Assembly: GCA_036644995.1 (NCBI GenBank)
Contig: JAVXOZ010000002.1
Location: 50,128-114,127, forward strand
From: Clostridiales bacterium
GTDB lineage: Bacteria > Bacillota > Dehalobacteriia > UBA7702
Length of the DNA stretch: 64,000 bases
Direction: 5' to 3'
Part shown: in pieces, positions 38,534 to 51,988 of the stretch
Position numbering within the stretch: position 1 is the stretch's first letter
Layout: each line of letters starts with the position of its first letter
Notes under the pieces: model-generated
Databases searched by the model: none
Told to the model about the DNA's origin: nothing
What the model saw: only the letters and a program-made list of their open reading frames with translations
Position numbers and translations under genes: made by a program

Positions 38534-38740
38534 ATTATAATGCCTTATTTATACAATAGGTACAATAGGCATTGAAATTTGATAATTTTCCATGAGGTGG
38601 CTGTCCGGTTTTATTAAGGCTAATTGCCAATGAAACAATTTCTCGGGCTTGCGGTAAGGCGAGAAATGGACACTTCGGGGTCTTGCGGTAAGGCTTTGAA
38701 AAGTCTCTCTTAATTAAATATTTGAGAGGTGGTTTGCTAC

Positions 38741-41700
38741 ATGTCTAATGACGGACTTGGAGTGATAAAGCGAAGAGATTATTCCAGAATCAAAGAAGTC
38801 CTGGAAATGCCTGATTTGATTGAGATACAAAAGCGATCATATCAGTGGTTTTTGGATGAAGGGCTGAAAACGATTTTTGAGGATATTTCTCCTATTCAAG
38901 ATTTTACGGGTAAAATGTCTTTGGAATTCATTGACTATGCCTTGGGCGAAGAAAAGTATAGTGTGGAAGAATGTAAAGACAGGGATTCTACCTATGCCGC
39001 ACCTTTAAAGGTTAAGGTTCGCTTAATCAATAAGGAAACAGGCGAAGTTAAAGAACAAGAAGTGTTTTTGGGGGATTTCCACCTGATGACAGACCGTGGC
39101 ACCTTTATTGTTAATGGTGCAGAGCGTGTTATTGTTAGCCAGTTGGTGCGTTCACCCGGTGTTTATTTAAGTCACAATAAAGATTCTAACAGTGGTGCGG
39201 ATATTTATGGTGCTACCATTATACCTAACCGTGGTGCTTGGTTGGAATATGAAACCGATGCTGCAGGTTCTATTTATGTAAGAATAGACAGAACCAGAAA
39301 ACTCCCTGCCACTGTTATTTTAAGAGCAATGGGTTTGGGTAGTGATGAAGAAATTTTGGCTCTATCCGGGGATAATCCCCATGTTATTGCTACTTTGGAA
39401 AAAGATAGCACCAATAACGAATCTGAAGCCTTGATTGAAATTTATAAAAAATTACGCCCCGGTGAGCCACCAACTGTGGATTCGGCTCGCAGTCTTTTAT
39501 ACACCCTTTTCTTTGACCCCAAACGTTATGATTTGGGCAATGTGGGTCGCTATAAATTGGATAAAAAATTAGGCCATGGCATTTTTAAAAGAATAAATGC
39601 CGAAGGCAAAGTTTGGGATGATGAAACCCAAGCATACCTTGATTATGAAGGCAATATCGAAAAAGTGCGGAATGATTATATTAAATATTTAACCCGTGCT
39701 GACATTTTTGAAACCTTTAAAAAGTTTTTACTCTTGATGGATGGTGTTTTAGAACCTGATGACATCGACCATTTGGGCAATCGCCGCTTACGTTGCGTAG
39801 GTGAGTTATTGCAAAATCAATTCAGAATCGGGCTTTCCCGTATGGAAAGAGTAGTTAAGGAAAGAATGACTATTCAAGATACTGAATCTATTACCCCTCA
39901 GGTTTTAATTAATATTCGCCCTGTGGTGGCAGCTTTAAAAGAATTTTTTGGTTCCAGCCAGTTATCCCAATTTATGGACCAAAATAATCCCTTGGCTGAA
40001 TTAACACACAAACGTCGTCTTTCTGCACTGGGCCCCGGTGGTCTTTCTCGGGAAAGGGCAGGGTTTGAGGTTCGTGACGTTCACCATTCTCACTACGGCA
40101 GAATGTGCCCCATTGAAACCCCTGAAGGTCCTAATATTGGGCTTATTGGCTCCTTGAGTACATTTGCTCGGATTAATACCTATGGCTTTATTGAAACTCC
40201 TTATCGTAAAGTTGATAAGGAACTAAATGTGGTTACAAAAACCATTGATTATCTTACTGCGGATGTGGAAGATAATTATGTTGTAGCCCAAGCCAATGAA
40301 CCTTTGGATGCCGAAGGTCACTTTGAACATGAAAGGGTTAATGTGCGTTTTGGGCATGAAATTACTTCTATGCCCCCGAACCGTGTTGACTATATGGATG
40401 TTAGTCCTAAGCAGGTTATTTCTGTTGCTGCTGGGCTTATTCCTTTCTTGGAACATGATGATGCCAACCGTGCTTTGATGGGTGCTAATATGCAACGTCA
40501 GGCTGTTCCCCTTTTGCGTACCGAAGCTCCTTTTGTGGGCACGGGGTTAGAAGGTAAAACTGCGGTTGATTCCCGTGTTGTGGAAGTGGCTAAAGAAGCC
40601 GGTGTTATCCATCGGGTTGATGGGGACACCATTGTGGTAAAACATGAAGATGGCTCTTTAGAGGAGCATCATCTTTCTAAATACAAACGCTCCAACCAAG
40701 GAACTTGCGTAAACCAACGTCCCATTGTGCACAAAGGTGCAGTGGTGGAAAAAGGGCAGGTTTTGGCTGATGGCCCTGCCACAGACCGTGGGGAGTTGGC
40801 ACTTGGACGCAATGTGGTTATTGCCTTTATGACATGGGAAGGCTATAACTATGAAGATGCTATACTTTTAAGTGAAAAATTAGTGAGAGATGATTATTTC
40901 ACCTCTATACATATTGAAGAATACGAGTGCGATGCCCGTGATACCAAGCTTGGCCCTGAAGAAATAACTCGGGATATTCCCAATGTTGGGGATGAAATTT
41001 TAAAAGATTTGGACGCCAGCGGTGTTATCCGCATTGGTACAGAGGTGCGTTCCGGTGATATTTTGGTAGGAAAAGTTACACCCAAGGGTGAAACAGAGCT
41101 TACTGCGGAAGAACGCTTGCTCCGTGCGATATTCGGTGAAAAAGCCAGAGAAGTTAGGGATACATCTTTACGTGTTCCCCATGGTGAAAATGGTAAAGTT
41201 GTTGATATTAGGGTATTTACCAGAGCCAATGGTGATGAGCTTTCCCCCGGGGTTAATAAGCTTGTTCGTGTTTATGTAGCACAGAAACGTAAAATTTCTG
41301 TTGGTGATAAAATGGCAGGTCGCCATGGTAATAAAGGGGTGGTATCACGTATACTTCCCGAAGCTAATATGCCTTTTCTTCCCGATGGTACCCCTGTTGA
41401 TATCGTGCTGAATCCTCTTGGTGTTCCCTCTCGTATGAACATTGGGCAGGTTTTGGAGTGTCACTTGGGTTGGGCTGCTAAAAATTTGGGTATCCATGTG
41501 GCTACCCCGGTGTTTGACGGTGCTAACGAAGAAGATATTGTGGGTGCTTTGGAAGAAGCCGGTTTGGATTACACCGGTAAAACTATATTGAGGGATGGCC
41601 GTACCGGTTTGCCCTTTGATAACCCCGTTACCGTTGGTATTATGTATATGCTGAAGCTTCACCATCTTGTGGATGATAAAATTCATGCTCGTTCTACTGG

Positions 41701-42313
41701 CCCTTATTCCCTCGTTACCCAGCAGCCATTGGGCGGTAAAGCTCAGTTTGGCGGACAGCGTTTCGGCGAAATGGAAGTTTGGGCTTTAGAAGCCTATGGT
41801 GCTGCTTATACCTTACAGGAAATTTTAACGGTAAAATCCGATGACGTGATTGGTCGTGTTAAAACTTATGAAGCCATTGTTAAAGGTGAAAATGTTCCCG
41901 AACCCGGTCTTCCGGAATCCTTTAAGGTTTTAATTAAAGAATTACAAAGCTTGTGCTTAGATGTTAAAGTATTATCTGCCAATGATGAAGAGATTGAAAT
42001 TCGTGACCTTGACGATGATTTAGATATTCCCAATGAACGTATGGATTATAATGAAGATTTGACCAAGGGGGGCGGTTCTCGTTTCCGTGCCGACGCTGCT
42101 GTTGTAGTAGATGAAACCGGTGAGGAAATAGGAAACTTTGAAAACTCTGATGATAATGACGCTGCTGATGAAAATATGTCCTTAAATGAAATGGAGGATA
42201 TTGATATTGACATTGACGCAGATTTGGATGTTTTAGAAGGATTGGGCCTTGACGACAGTGATTTGGATGAATTAGTTCTCGACGATATTGACACTGTGGA
42301 TGATGACCTTTAA
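38741..42313 (+). CDS. rpoB: DNA-directed RNA polymerase beta subunit
   Basis: [42 protein letters not shown] aligns with the Bacillus RpoB N-terminus. ATG 38741 after RBS GAGAGGTGG. Long acidic C-terminal tail. Confidence 0.97.
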   Translation: MSNDGLGVIKRRDYSRIKEVLEMPDLIEIQKRSYQWFLDEGLKTIFEDISPIQDFTGKMSLEFIDYALGEEKYSVEECKDRDSTYAAPLKVKVRLINKETGEVKEQEVFLGDFHLMTDRGTFIVNGAERVIVSQLVRSPGVYLSHNKDSNSGADIYGATIIPNRGAWLEYETDAAGSIYVRIDRTRKLPATVILRAMGLGSDEEILALSGDNPHVIATLEKDSTNNESEALIEIYKKLRPGEPPTVDSARSLLYTLFFDPKRYDLGNVGRYKLDKKLGHGIFKRINAEGKVWDDETQAYLDYEGNIEKVRNDYIKYLTRADIFETFKKFLLLMDGVLEPDDIDHLGNRRLRCVGELLQNQFRIGLSRMERVVKERMTIQDTESITPQVLINIRPVVAALKEFFGSSQLSQFMDQNNPLAELTHKRRLSALGPGGLSRERAGFEVRDVHHSHYGRMCPIETPEGPNIGLIGSLSTFARINTYGFIETPYRKVDKELNVVTKTIDYLTADVEDNYVVAQANEPLDAEGHFEHERVNVRFGHEITSMPPNRVDYMDVSPKQVISVAAGLIPFLEHDDANRALMGANMQRQAVPLLRTEAPFVGTGLEGKTAVDSRVVEVAKEAGVIHRVDGDTIVVKHEDGSLEEHHLSKYKRSNQGTCVNQRPIVHKGAVVEKGQVLADGPATDRGELALGRNVVIAFMTWEGYNYEDAILLSEKLVRDDYFTSIHIEEYECDARDTKLGPEEITRDIPNVGDEILKDLDASGVIRIGTEVRSGDILVGKVTPKGETELTAEERLLRAIFGEKAREVRDTSLRVPHGENGKVVDIRVFTRANGDELSPGVNKLVRVYVAQKRKISVGDKMAGRHGNKGVVSRILPEANMPFLPDGTPVDIVLNPLGVPSRMNIGQVLECHLGWAAKNLGIHVATPVFDGANEEDIVGALEEAGLDYTGKTILRDGRTGLPFDNPVTVGIMYMLKLHHLVDDKIHARSTGPYSLVTQQPLGGKAQFGGQRFGEMEVWALEAYGAAYTLQEILTVKSDDVIGRVKTYEAIVKGENVPEPGLPESFKVLIKELQSLCLDVKVLSANDEEIEIRDLDDDLDIPNERMDYNEDLTKGGGSRFRADAAVVVDETGEEIGNFENSDDNDAADENMSLNEMEDIDIDIDADLDVLEGLGLDDSDLDELVLDDIDTVDDDL

Positions 42314-42350
42314 TGCCGAGCTAATCCGGGAATGAAGGGAGATATGACCA

Positions 42351-45300
42351 TTGATAGATGTAAGAAATTTTGATCGTATGCGTATTGGCCTTGCCTCTAA
42401 AGAACAGATTTTAGAGTGGTCTTACGGTGAGGTTAAAAAACCTGAAACAATAAATTATAGAACACTAAAACCCGAAAGGGACGGACTTTTTTGTGAACGC
42501 ATATTCGGACCCCAAAAGGACTGGGAATGTCATTGCGGTAAATATAAAAGAGTTCGTTATAAAGGCGTTGTTTGCGAACGGTGCGGCGTGGAAGTAACCC
42601 GTGCCAAGGTGCGTAGAGAACGTATGGGCCATATTGAATTGGCCGCCCCTGTATCACACATTTGGTATTTTAAAGGTATTCCCAGCAGAATGGGGCTTTT
42701 ATTGGATATGTCCCCCCGTTCTTTGGAAAAAATTCTCTATTTTGTTTCTTATGTGGTTTTGGATAGCGGCGAAACTCCGTTGGTTAATAAACAACTCCTC
42801 ACAGAAACCGAATACAGAGAAGCCAGAGATGAATACGGTGATGGATTTAAAGCCGGCATGGGTGCTGAAGCCGTAAAAGATATGCTAAAATCCCTTAATT
42901 TGGAATCTTTGGCCAAGGAATTAAGAGATGAATTTAAGGAAGTTACCGGTCAACGCCGTATTCGTGCCATTCGTCGCTTAGAAGTGGTGGAAGCCTTTTT
43001 AAGCTCCGGGAATAAGCCTGAATGGATGGTTCTTGATGTGGTGCCGGTTATTCCTCCGGAAGTTCGCCCCATGGTGCAGTTGGACGGCGGCAGATTTGCC
43101 ACATCTGACTTAAACGACCTTTACAGAAGGGTTATTAACAGAAATAACCGCTTAAAAAGACTTTTGGATTTAGGCGCACCGGATATTATTGTGCGGAATG
43201 AAAAACGTATGCTTCAAGAAGCAGTTGATGCTTTGATAGATAATGGCCGCCGTGGTCGCCCTGTGACAGGCCCCGGGAACAGACCTTTGAAATCTTTGAG
43301 TGATATGCTTAAAGGTAAGCAAGGGCGTTTCCGCCAAAACTTACTGGGTAAACGTGTGGACTATTCCGGTCGTTCCGTTATTGTGGTTGGTCCGGAATTA
43401 AAAATGCACCAATGCGGTTTACCTAAGGAAATGGCTTTGGAGCTTTTTAAACCATTTGTAATGAAATGCTTGGTTAAAGATGGCTTGGCACATAATATTA
43501 AAAGTGCAAAACGCATGGTTGAGCGGGTTCGCCCCGAGGTTTGGGATGTTTTGGAAGAAGTAATTAAAGACCATCCCGTACTTTTAAACCGTGCACCTAC
43601 ACTTCATAGATTGGGTATTCAGGCTTTTGAGCCTACACTGGTTGAAGGCAGAGCTTTGCAGATACATCCTTTGGTTTGTACTGCTTACAATGCGGACTTT
43701 GACGGTGACCAAATGGCTGTACACGTACCTTTATCTGCGGAAGCCCAAGCTGAAGCTCGTTTGCTTATGCTTTCTTCTTATAATATTCTCAACCCCAAAG
43801 ACGGTCATCCCGTTGCTGTGCCTACCCAAGATATGGTTCTTGGCTCCTATTATCTTACGGCTTTAAGCGAAGGAGCTAAGGGTGAAAACAAATGCTATTG
43901 CAGCTTTGATGAAGCTTTTATGGCATATCAAAACGACGACCTTGACCTTCATGCTGAAATTGAAATCATTAAGCCCAAAGAATGGGATTATATGATGGTT
44001 AAAAAGCAAAGGGTTGAATTTGAAAAACGTGAAAACGGTTTATTTAACCGTGTGCGTACCACTGTTGGCAGAATGATTTTCAATTATAATATTCCTATCC
44101 CCAGAGAAATGGGTTACTATAATTGTGAGATTGATAAAAAGACTTTGGGTAATATCGTGGATCGCTGTTATCGCATTATGGGTATTTCCAAAGCCGCAAA
44201 TTTACTGGATGGGATTAAATCCATGGGTTATTCCACTTCTACCCAAGCAGGTATCACCGTTGGGTTGCAGGATATTAAAGTTCCAGCCAGAAAAAAAGAA
44301 ATTATGGCTACTGCGGATAAAGACGTAGCTGTGGTTGAAGATTTGTTCCGCCGTGGTTTAGTTACGGAAAATGAACGTTATAATAAAGTTATTGAAATTT
44401 GGACTGCTGCCACCGATGAAGTTACCGGCGAATTGATGGGAAGCCTTGATAAATTTAATCCTATTTATATGATGGCAAATTCCGGTGCCCGTGGTAATGT
44501 TCAGCAAATTCGACAACTGGCAGGTACCCGTGGTTTGATGGCTGACCCATCCGGAAAAATCATTGACTTACCAATTAAAGCTAACTTCCGTGAAGGCCTT
44601 AATGTTTTGGAATTCTTTATTTCCACACATGGTGCCAGAAAAGGGTTGGCAGATACTGCATTGCGTACCGCCGACTCCGGTTATTTAACACGCCGTCTTG
44701 TTGACGTTGCCCAAGAAGTTATTGTAAGGGAAGATGATTGCGGTTGCACAACGGGTATTTGGGTTGAAGAAATACCCAATATCGAACCCCTTTCCGAACG
44801 TGTGGAAGGCAGAGTTGCTGCGGCTGATTTGATTAATGAGCATACCGGCGAAGTTATTGTTGCCGCCGGTGAGGAGTTCTTGGATACTCATCTACCTATT
44901 ATTGATGCTTATATGGCAACCTTACCTCCGGAAAAACGCACTGTAAATATTCGCTCGGTGCTGACCTGCAAGAGCCGTTATGGTGTTTGTAAAAAATGCT
45001 ATGGCAGAAATCTTGCCACCGGTTCCATGGTTGATATCGGTGAAGCTGTTGGTACCATTGCCGCTCAATCCATTGGTGAGCCGGGTACTCAGTTAACCAT
45101 GCGTACTTTCCATACCGGTGGTGTTGCCGGTGATGATATTACTCAAGGTTTGCCCCGTGTTGAAGAATTGTTTGAAGCCAGAAAACCGAAATTCCAAGGT
45201 TTGCTAACGGAAGTTGACGGTACTGTGCATTTGGAAGATTATAAAAATCAACGCAAAATTATCATTATGGATAAAGGTGAAGAAAAAGCAGCTTATTTGG

Positions 45301-46037
45301 CTCCTTACAATTCCCGCATCAAGATTAAAGAAGGGGATTTTGTGGAAGCCGGTGATGTTTTGACCGAAGGTTCCATTAACCCCCATGATGTATTGAAGGT
45401 TAAAGGGGTAAAAGGTGTTCACCAATATTTATTACAGGAAGTTCAAAGTGTTTACCGTTTGCAAGGTGTTGATATCAACGATAAACATATTGAAATAATG
45501 GTTCGCCAAATGTTGAAAAAGGTGCGCATTGAAGAAACCGGCGATGGTGATATGCTACCCGGTGCTTTGGTGGATGCCAATGGCTTCGAAAAGAAAAATG
45601 AAGAACTCATTGCCCAAGGTTTGGAACCTGCCACTGCTTCCCCTGTTTTACTGGGTATTACCAAGGCGGCTTTGGCTACGGAATCCTTCCTTTCTGCGGC
45701 ATCTTTCCAAGAAACCACTCGTGTTTTAACCGATGCCGCCATTAAAGGCAAAGTTGATCCCTTAATCGGTTTGAAAGAAAATGTTATTATCGGTAAATTA
45801 ATTCCTGCGGGCACCGGTATGCATTGTTATCGTGATGTGGAAATTCAAAGTATCGAAGAAAGCTTGGCAGGCCCTGCTGTGGTTATTGAAGAAGAAGGTG
45901 CCCTTGGTGAAGTAATTCAGGAAGGTGCCCAAAGCGTGATATCCGAGAATATTGAGACTGTTGTACCCGAAAAAATAGGGGAAATAGGCGAGATTGATCC
46001 CGGTGAAATATTGCTTGACAATAAAACCTTAGAGTGA
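42351..46037 (+). CDS. rpoC: DNA-directed RNA polymerase beta' subunit
   Basis: TTG start; [54 protein letters not shown], Zn motifs, NADFDGD catalytic loop. Confidence 0.97.
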   Translation: MIDVRNFDRMRIGLASKEQILEWSYGEVKKPETINYRTLKPERDGLFCERIFGPQKDWECHCGKYKRVRYKGVVCERCGVEVTRAKVRRERMGHIELAAPVSHIWYFKGIPSRMGLLLDMSPRSLEKILYFVSYVVLDSGETPLVNKQLLTETEYREARDEYGDGFKAGMGAEAVKDMLKSLNLESLAKELRDEFKEVTGQRRIRAIRRLEVVEAFLSSGNKPEWMVLDVVPVIPPEVRPMVQLDGGRFATSDLNDLYRRVINRNNRLKRLLDLGAPDIIVRNEKRMLQEAVDALIDNGRRGRPVTGPGNRPLKSLSDMLKGKQGRFRQNLLGKRVDYSGRSVIVVGPELKMHQCGLPKEMALELFKPFVMKCLVKDGLAHNIKSAKRMVERVRPEVWDVLEEVIKDHPVLLNRAPTLHRLGIQAFEPTLVEGRALQIHPLVCTAYNADFDGDQMAVHVPLSAEAQAEARLLMLSSYNILNPKDGHPVAVPTQDMVLGSYYLTALSEGAKGENKCYCSFDEAFMAYQNDDLDLHAEIEIIKPKEWDYMMVKKQRVEFEKRENGLFNRVRTTVGRMIFNYNIPIPREMGYYNCEIDKKTLGNIVDRCYRIMGISKAANLLDGIKSMGYSTSTQAGITVGLQDIKVPARKKEIMATADKDVAVVEDLFRRGLVTENERYNKVIEIWTAATDEVTGELMGSLDKFNPIYMMANSGARGNVQQIRQLAGTRGLMADPSGKIIDLPIKANFREGLNVLEFFISTHGARKGLADTALRTADSGYLTRRLVDVAQEVIVREDDCGCTTGIWVEEIPNIEPLSERVEGRVAAADLINEHTGEVIVAAGEEFLDTHLPIIDAYMATLPPEKRTVNIRSVLTCKSRYGVCKKCYGRNLATGSMVDIGEAVGTIAAQSIGEPGTQLTMRTFHTGGVAGDDITQGLPRVEELFEARKPKFQGLLTEVDGTVHLEDYKNQRKIIIMDKGEEKAAYLAPYNSRIKIKEGDFVEAGDVLTEGSINPHDVLKVKGVKGVHQYLLQEVQSVYRLQGVDINDKHIEIMVRQMLKKVRIEETGDGDMLPGALVDANGFEKKNEELIAQGLEPATASPVLLGITKAALATESFLSAASFQETTRVLTDAAIKGKVDPLIGLKENVIIGKLIPAGTGMHCYRDVEIQSIEESLAGPAVVIEEEGALGEVIQEGAQSVISENIETVVPEKIGEIGEIDPGEILLDNKTLE

Positions 46038-46097
46038 TATACTAATCCATGCGCCTTTTCTATGGTGGGTGAACTCTGCCATTTTAGGAGGTAAAAT

Positions 46098-46340
46098 ATG
46101 GATTATGATATTATTCGCACTGCCAAGAAGGTAGTGGGAACAAAACAAACCATGAAGATGGTTGAAAAACACCTGTGTAACAGGGTAATTATAGCGGATG
46201 ATGCACGGCCGGAAATCCTCGCTCCGTTGCTTTCACTTTGTGAAAAAAACGGAGTTGAGGTTCTGACTGTGGATAGCATGGATTTTTTAGGCGAGCTTTG
46301 TGGCATAAAAATCGGTGCGGCATCAGCCGGAATTATATAA
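46098..46340 (+). CDS. ybxF: Ribosomal protein L7Ae-family protein (YbxF-like)
   Basis: 80 aa L7Ae/L30e fold between rpoC and rpsL, as in Bacillus. Confidence 0.85.
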   Translation: MDYDIIRTAKKVVGTKQTMKMVEKHLCNRVIIADDARPEILAPLLSLCEKNGVEVLTVDSMDFLGELCGIKIGAASAGII

Positions 46341-46399
46341 ATTTTTGTCAATATTTAACAAATTATAAAATATTTAAACTATTGTGAGGAGGTGGAATT

Positions 46400-46789
46400 T
46401 TGCCTACAATTAGCCAATTAGTTCGGAACAGCAGAAAGGTCATAGAAAAGAAATCTACTGCACCTGCATTAAAAGAATGCCCCCAAAAACGTGGTGTTTG
46501 TACCAGAGTGTATACAACTACACCTAAAAAACCTAACTCTGCTTTGAGAAAAGTTGCCAGGGTTCGTCTTACCAATGCGATGGAAGTTACCGCTTATATA
46601 CCCGGCATCGGTCATAATCTCCAAGAGCACTCGGTTACCCTTATTCGTGGCGGCAGGGTCAAAGACCTTCCCGGTGTTCGTTACCATATAATTCGTGGTA
46701 CACTGGATACCGCAGGTGTTGCCGATCGTGGACATTCACGTTCTAAATACGGAACAAAACGTCCTAAAGCCAAAGCAGCAAAGAAATAA
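46400..46789 (+). CDS. rpsL: 30S ribosomal protein S12
   Basis: TTG start; [13 protein letters not shown]..., [11 protein letters not shown]. Confidence 0.97.
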   Translation: MPTISQLVRNSRKVIEKKSTAPALKECPQKRGVCTRVYTTTPKKPNSALRKVARVRLTNAMEVTAYIPGIGHNLQEHSVTLIRGGRVKDLPGVRYHIIRGTLDTAGVADRGHSRSKYGTKRPKAKAAKK

Positions 46790-46793
46790 GTAA

Positions 46794-47297
<504 letters not shown>

Positions 47298-47327
47298 ATC
47301 GGCGTCAGCGTAAGTTGGAGGAAATCA

Positions 47328-49394
47328 ATGAGACAGTATAGCCTCGAGAAAACGAGAAATATCGGTATCATGGCTCACATCGATGCCGGTAAAACGACTA
47401 CAACTGAAAGAATGTTGTATTACACAGGTAGAGTTCATCGTATTGGTGAAACACATGACGGTTCTGCCACCATGGATTACATGGCACAAGAACAAGAACG
47501 TGGCATTACCATTACCTCTGCTGCTACTACCTGTATTTGGAAAGATCATAGAGTTAACATTATAGACACACCCGGACATGTGGACTTCACCGTAGAGGTA
47601 GAACGTTCTTTAAGAGTTCTTGATGGAGCTGTTGCGGTATTTTGTTCTGTTGGTGGTGTTGAGCCCCAATCTGAAACAGTTTGGCGTCAAGCAGACCGTT
47701 ATGGAGTTCCCAGAATTGCCTTTATTAACAAAATGGATCGTGTTGGTGCGGATTTTTATCGTGGTGTCAACATGATAAGGGAAAGATTGGGAGCACACGC
47801 TGTGCCCATTCAGATTCCCATTGGTTCTGAAGAAGATTTTAGCGGAATTATTGATTTAATCAGTATGGAAGCCGATATTTTTGAAGGCGAAAAAATTGTT
47901 GAACATATGCCTATTCCCGATGATATGAAAGAAAAGGCAATGGAATCCAGGGAAGAAATGCTTGAATCTTTATCTGAATATGATGATGATTTAATGGAAA
48001 TGGTTTTGGATGAGAAAGAAATTTCTTCTGAAAAAATTATGGATGTTATCAGAAAAGCTACCATAGCTGTGCAGATGACTCCTGTTCTTTGTGGTTCTGC
48101 TTTCAAAAATAAAGGTGTTCAACCTTTACTTGATGCTATTATAGAATACTTACCTTCACCTTTGGATGTGCCCGCTATCACCGGTTTTGACCCCGATAGT
48201 GAGGAAGACACTGTGAGAGAAGCTTCAGATGATGAACCTTTCAGTGGCTTGGCATTTAAAATTGTGGCTGACCCCTTTGTTGGTAAGCTTACATTCTTCC
48301 GTGTTTATTCCGGCAGCTTAAAGAGCGGTTCTTATGTTTATAATTCCAGTAAGGATAAAAAAGAACGTATTGGTCGCCTTTTGCAAATGCATGCTGAAAA
48401 AAGAGAAGATATTGATGAATGTTTTTCCGGTGATATTTTAGCCGCAGTTGGCTTGAAATTCACCACCACAGGCGATACTCTTTGTTCATACGATCATCCT
48501 GTAATTTTGGAAAGTATGGATTTTCCTGAACCGGTTATCGATATTGCTATCGAACCTAAAACCACCGCAGATCAGGAAAAAATGAGTTTAGCTTTACAAA
48601 AATTATCTGAAGAAGATCCCACATTCCGTGTACATACAGATACAGAAACCTGTCAAACCATTATTTCCGGTATGGGCGAATTGCACTTGGAAATTATTGT
48701 TGACCGCTTACTGAGAGAATACAGAGTAGACGCCAATGTTGGTAAACCCCAGGTTGCTTATAGAGAAACCATTAGGAAAGTATCTAAAGCAAATACTAAG
48801 TTTGCTCGGCAGAGTGGTGGTCATGGTCAATATGGTCATTGCGTTGTGGAATTTTCACCCCAAGAACCCGGTGAAGGTTTCCTCTTTGAAAGCAAAATCG
48901 TTGGTGGTGTGGTTCCCAAGGAATTTATTCCCCCCATCGAAGCCGGGATCAAAGAAGCAATGCAGAATGGTGTTTTAGCAGGATTCCCTGTTGTAGATAT
49001 AAAAGCCACCTTGGTAGATGGCTCTTACCATGAAGTTGACTCTTCGGAAATGGCCTTTAAAATTGCAGGCTCTATGGCTTTTAAAGAAGCTGCTAATAAA
49101 GGTCAACCCGTTTTATTAGAACCCATATTCAAATTGGAAGTCGTTGTTCCTGAAGAATATATGGGTGACGTTATTGGTGATATCAATTCCCGTCGTGGAC
49201 GCCTTGAAGGTATGGAAGCATTGAATAATATGCAAACTATCCGTGGGTTTGTTCCTCTTTCCGAAATGTTTGGATATGCCACAGATTTGCGCTCTAAAAC
49301 TCAAGGTAGAGGCACTTATGTTATGCAGTTTGCACATTACGAAGAGGTACCCAAAAATATCGCTGAAACTGTTATCGAAAAATATAAAGGTTAA
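47328..49394 (+). CDS. fusA: Elongation factor G
   Basis: [16 protein letters not shown]-domain; 688 aa. Confidence 0.97.
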   Translation: MRQYSLEKTRNIGIMAHIDAGKTTTTERMLYYTGRVHRIGETHDGSATMDYMAQEQERGITITSAATTCIWKDHRVNIIDTPGHVDFTVEVERSLRVLDGAVAVFCSVGGVEPQSETVWRQADRYGVPRIAFINKMDRVGADFYRGVNMIRERLGAHAVPIQIPIGSEEDFSGIIDLISMEADIFEGEKIVEHMPIPDDMKEKAMESREEMLESLSEYDDDLMEMVLDEKEISSEKIMDVIRKATIAVQMTPVLCGSAFKNKGVQPLLDAIIEYLPSPLDVPAITGFDPDSEEDTVREASDDEPFSGLAFKIVADPFVGKLTFFRVYSGSLKSGSYVYNSSKDKKERIGRLLQMHAEKREDIDECFSGDILAAVGLKFTTTGDTLCSYDHPVILESMDFPEPVIDIAIEPKTTADQEKMSLALQKLSEEDPTFRVHTDTETCQTIISGMGELHLEIIVDRLLREYRVDANVGKPQVAYRETIRKVSKANTKFARQSGGHGQYGHCVVEFSPQEPGEGFLFESKIVGGVVPKEFIPPIEAGIKEAMQNGVLAGFPVVDIKATLVDGSYHEVDSSEMAFKIAGSMAFKEAANKGQPVLLEPIFKLEVVVPEEYMGDVIGDINSRRGRLEGMEALNNMQTIRGFVPLSEMFGYATDLRSKTQGRGTYVMQFAHYEEVPKNIAETVIEKYKG

Positions 49395-49446
49395 TTTTAA
49401 ACTTTCAATATTATTTTAAAAGAATTCCTTAAGGAGGAAAATTACA

Positions 49447-50649
49447 ATGGCTAAACAAAAGTACGAAAGAACAAAACCCCATGTAAACATCGGCACTATT
49501 GGTCACGTTGACCATGGTAAGACCACCTTAACCGCTGCAATCACCACCTGTATAGCAACAGCCGGTGGCGCAGAATTAAGAAGTTATGCCGATATTGATG
49601 CTGCTCCCGAAGAAAGAGAACGTGGTATCACAATTAACACAGCTCACGTTGAATATGAAACCGAAGCTCGCCATTATGCTCACGTTGACTGCCCCGGCCA
49701 TGCTGACTATGTTAAAAACATGATTACCGGTGCTGCTCAAATGGACGGTGCAATCTTGGTTGTATCCGCTGCTGATGGTCCTATGCCTCAAACCCGTGAA
49801 CATATCCTCTTGGCTCGCCAAGTTGGTGTTCATTATATCGTAGTATTCTTAAATAAAGCTGACCAAGTTGACGATGAAGAATTGATGGAATTGGTAGAAA
49901 TGGAAGTTCGTGAATTATTGAACGAATATGATTTCCCCGGTGACGATATTCCCATTGTATCCGGTTCCGCTTTAAAAGCCGGCGAATGTGCTTGCGGCAA
50001 AAGAGATTGTCAATGGTGCGGTCCTATCTGGAAATTAATGGACGAAGTTGATGCTTATATCCCCACACCCGAACGTGATATGGACAAACCTTTCTTGATG
50101 CCTATTGAAGACGTTTTCACCATTACCGGTCGTGGTACAGTTGTAACCGGTAGAGTTGAACGTGGTCAAGTTAAGATTGGTGATAACATTCAAATCGTTG
50201 GTTTATCCGAAGAACCCAAAGCTACTGTTTGTACCGGCGTAGAAATGTTCCGCAAAATGATGGATTACGCTGAAGCCGGCGACAATATTGGTTGCTTGCT
50301 CCGTGGTATTGAACGTAAAGAAGTTGAACGTGGTCAGGTATTGGCTAAACCCGGTACCATTCATCCTCATACCAAATTTGAAGGTGAAGTTTACGTATTA
50401 ACCAAAGAAGAAGGCGGACGTCATACTCCTTTCTTCAATGGATACAGACCCCAGTTCTATTTCAGAACAACTGATGTTACCGGTGTTGCAAACCTTCCTG
50501 AAGGCGTTGAAATGGTAATGCCCGGTGATAACATCAAAATGACCATTGAATTGATTACCCCCATTGCTATTGAAGAAGGTTTACGCTTCGCTATTCGTGA
50601 AGGCGGCAGAACCGTTGGCTCCGGTGTTGTATCCGGGGTTATCGAATAA
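49447..50649 (+). CDS. tuf: Elongation factor Tu (with a CxCx5Cx2C insertion in domain 1)
   Basis: [27 protein letters not shown]; the insertion is ...[33 protein letters not shown]... Confidence 0.97.
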   Translation: MAKQKYERTKPHVNIGTIGHVDHGKTTLTAAITTCIATAGGAELRSYADIDAAPEERERGITINTAHVEYETEARHYAHVDCPGHADYVKNMITGAAQMDGAILVVSAADGPMPQTREHILLARQVGVHYIVVFLNKADQVDDEELMELVEMEVRELLNEYDFPGDDIPIVSGSALKAGECACGKRDCQWCGPIWKLMDEVDAYIPTPERDMDKPFLMPIEDVFTITGRGTVVTGRVERGQVKIGDNIQIVGLSEEPKATVCTGVEMFRKMMDYAEAGDNIGCLLRGIERKEVERGQVLAKPGTIHPHTKFEGEVYVLTKEEGGRHTPFFNGYRPQFYFRTTDVTGVANLPEGVEMVMPGDNIKMTIELITPIAIEEGLRFAIREGGRTVGSGVVSGVIE

Positions 50650-50668
50650 TAGTATTGTAAAGAATTGG

Positions 50669-50700
50669 CCCGGAGAGGGCTTAGACCTTCTCCGGCATTT
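50669..50700 (+). terminator. Hairpin immediately after tuf (10 bp stem CCGGAGAGGG/CCTTCTCCGG); weak or absent U-tract
   Basis: Inverted repeat 20 nt past the tuf stop. Possibly a partial terminator or stabiliser ahead of the S10 operon leader. Confidence 0.3.
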
Positions 50701-50922
50701 CCCTGCTTGGGTATTGCCCTTGCAGATAATAAATAACCGCCTGATAAGCAATGATGTGAGAGATTGCGTTGCAAGTATCGTACCTGCACTTTTGAGCACC
50801 GCTGTTGGGAATTGATTCCTTGTTGAACTTACATGAACTTAATGGCATGGCAAAAGTAAACAACGGTAACTTTCACTGAGCGAGTCTGGCAATCGGGCGA
50901 AATAGGAGGTTAAGACTTTAAC

Positions 50923-51231
50923 ATGGCACAACAAAAAATAAGAATTAAATTAAGAGCTTTCGACCATAAGCTTCTCGACCAATCGGCAGAAAGAATTGTG
51001 GAAACCGCCAAAAAAACCGGTGCTACAATTTCCGGACCCATTCCGCTGCCTACCGAGAAGAGTATTTATACGATTTTGCGTTCTCCTCACGTTAACAAAG
51101 ATTCACGTGAACAATTTGAAATGAGAACCCACAAAAGATTAATCGATATTATGAATGCATCTTCCAAAACCGTGGATTCGCTTATGCGTTTAGATCTCCC
51201 CACCGGGGTAGATATTGAAATAAAGCTGTAA
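50923..51231 (+). CDS. rpsJ: 30S ribosomal protein S10
   Basis: [21 protein letters not shown]... Confidence 0.97.
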   Translation: MAQQKIRIKLRAFDHKLLDQSAERIVETAKKTGATISGPIPLPTEKSIYTILRSPHVNKDSREQFEMRTHKRLIDIMNASSKTVDSLMRLDLPTGVDIEIKL

Positions 51232-51330
51232 AAATCATGATGTTTGTCTAAGGGTATTTGAAAATGCCCAAAAATACAGGCGAGCAATGTCGGGAAACCG
51301 GCACCTACGAATGGAAAGAGAGGTGTAACC

Positions 51331-51960
51331 ATGACACAGAAGGTCATTATGGGGAAAAAAGTTGGAATGACTCAGATTTTCGCTGAAGATGGAAAAATCA
51401 TTCCCGTTACCGTTGTTGAAGCGGCCCCCAGTGTCATCGTACAAATCAAAAAAGAAGCCACTGATGGTTATCAGGCTATTCAGTTGGGTTTCGACACATT
51501 AAGAGCAAGCTTAGTAAATAAACCGCAAAAAGGTCATTTTGCTAAAGCAGACAAAGAACCTACCCGCTACTTGAGAGAGTTCCGTGTGGAGGATGCTGCC
51601 CAATATACTTTGGGTCAGGAGTTCACCTTGGAACAATTTGCAGAAGGCGAAAAAATTGACGTAACCGGCACCTCAAAGGGTAAAGGTTTTTGTAGTACCA
51701 TTAAAATATGGCATTTTGCCCGAGGCCCTATGAGTCATGGCTCCAAGAATCACCGTAGACCTGCTTCTGCCGGTGCAAAGGGTCCTGCCAGAGTTTTTAA
51801 AGGCAAAAAATCCCCGAAACGCCATGGTAATTACAGAGTTACCATACAAAATTTAGAAGTAGTAAAAGTGGTTCCGGAAAACAACCTTCTTTTGATTAAA
51901 GGTTCCATTCCCGGAGCGAAAAAATCCTTAGTCATCGTGAGAAATGCAGTAAAAGCATAA
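51331..51960 (+). CDS. rplC: 50S ribosomal protein L3
   Basis: [11 protein letters not shown]... 209 aa. Confidence 0.97.
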   Translation: MTQKVIMGKKVGMTQIFAEDGKIIPVTVVEAAPSVIVQIKKEATDGYQAIQLGFDTLRASLVNKPQKGHFAKADKEPTRYLREFRVEDAAQYTLGQEFTLEQFAEGEKIDVTGTSKGKGFCSTIKIWHFARGPMSHGSKNHRRPASAGAKGPARVFKGKKSPKRHGNYRVTIQNLEVVKVVPENNLLLIKGSIPGAKKSLVIVRNAVKA

Positions 51961-51988
51961 GTGATTAAGACGGAAAGGAGGAGAATAA

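Noticed and set aside
40223-45814. Multiple antisense or alternative-frame ORFs inside rpoB, rpoC, fusA, tuf and metG (e.g. 40894..41229-, 45452..45814-, 5115..5444+)
   Set aside because: They are fully embedded in strongly supported essential genes on the opposite strand or in another frame, with biased low-complexity composition. They are typical spurious ORFs.
50706-50922. Possible S10-operon autoregulatory leader (L4 attenuator-like)
   Set aside because: I could not identify a convincing conserved structure by eye. In Firmicutes the E. coli-type L4 attenuator is generally absent.
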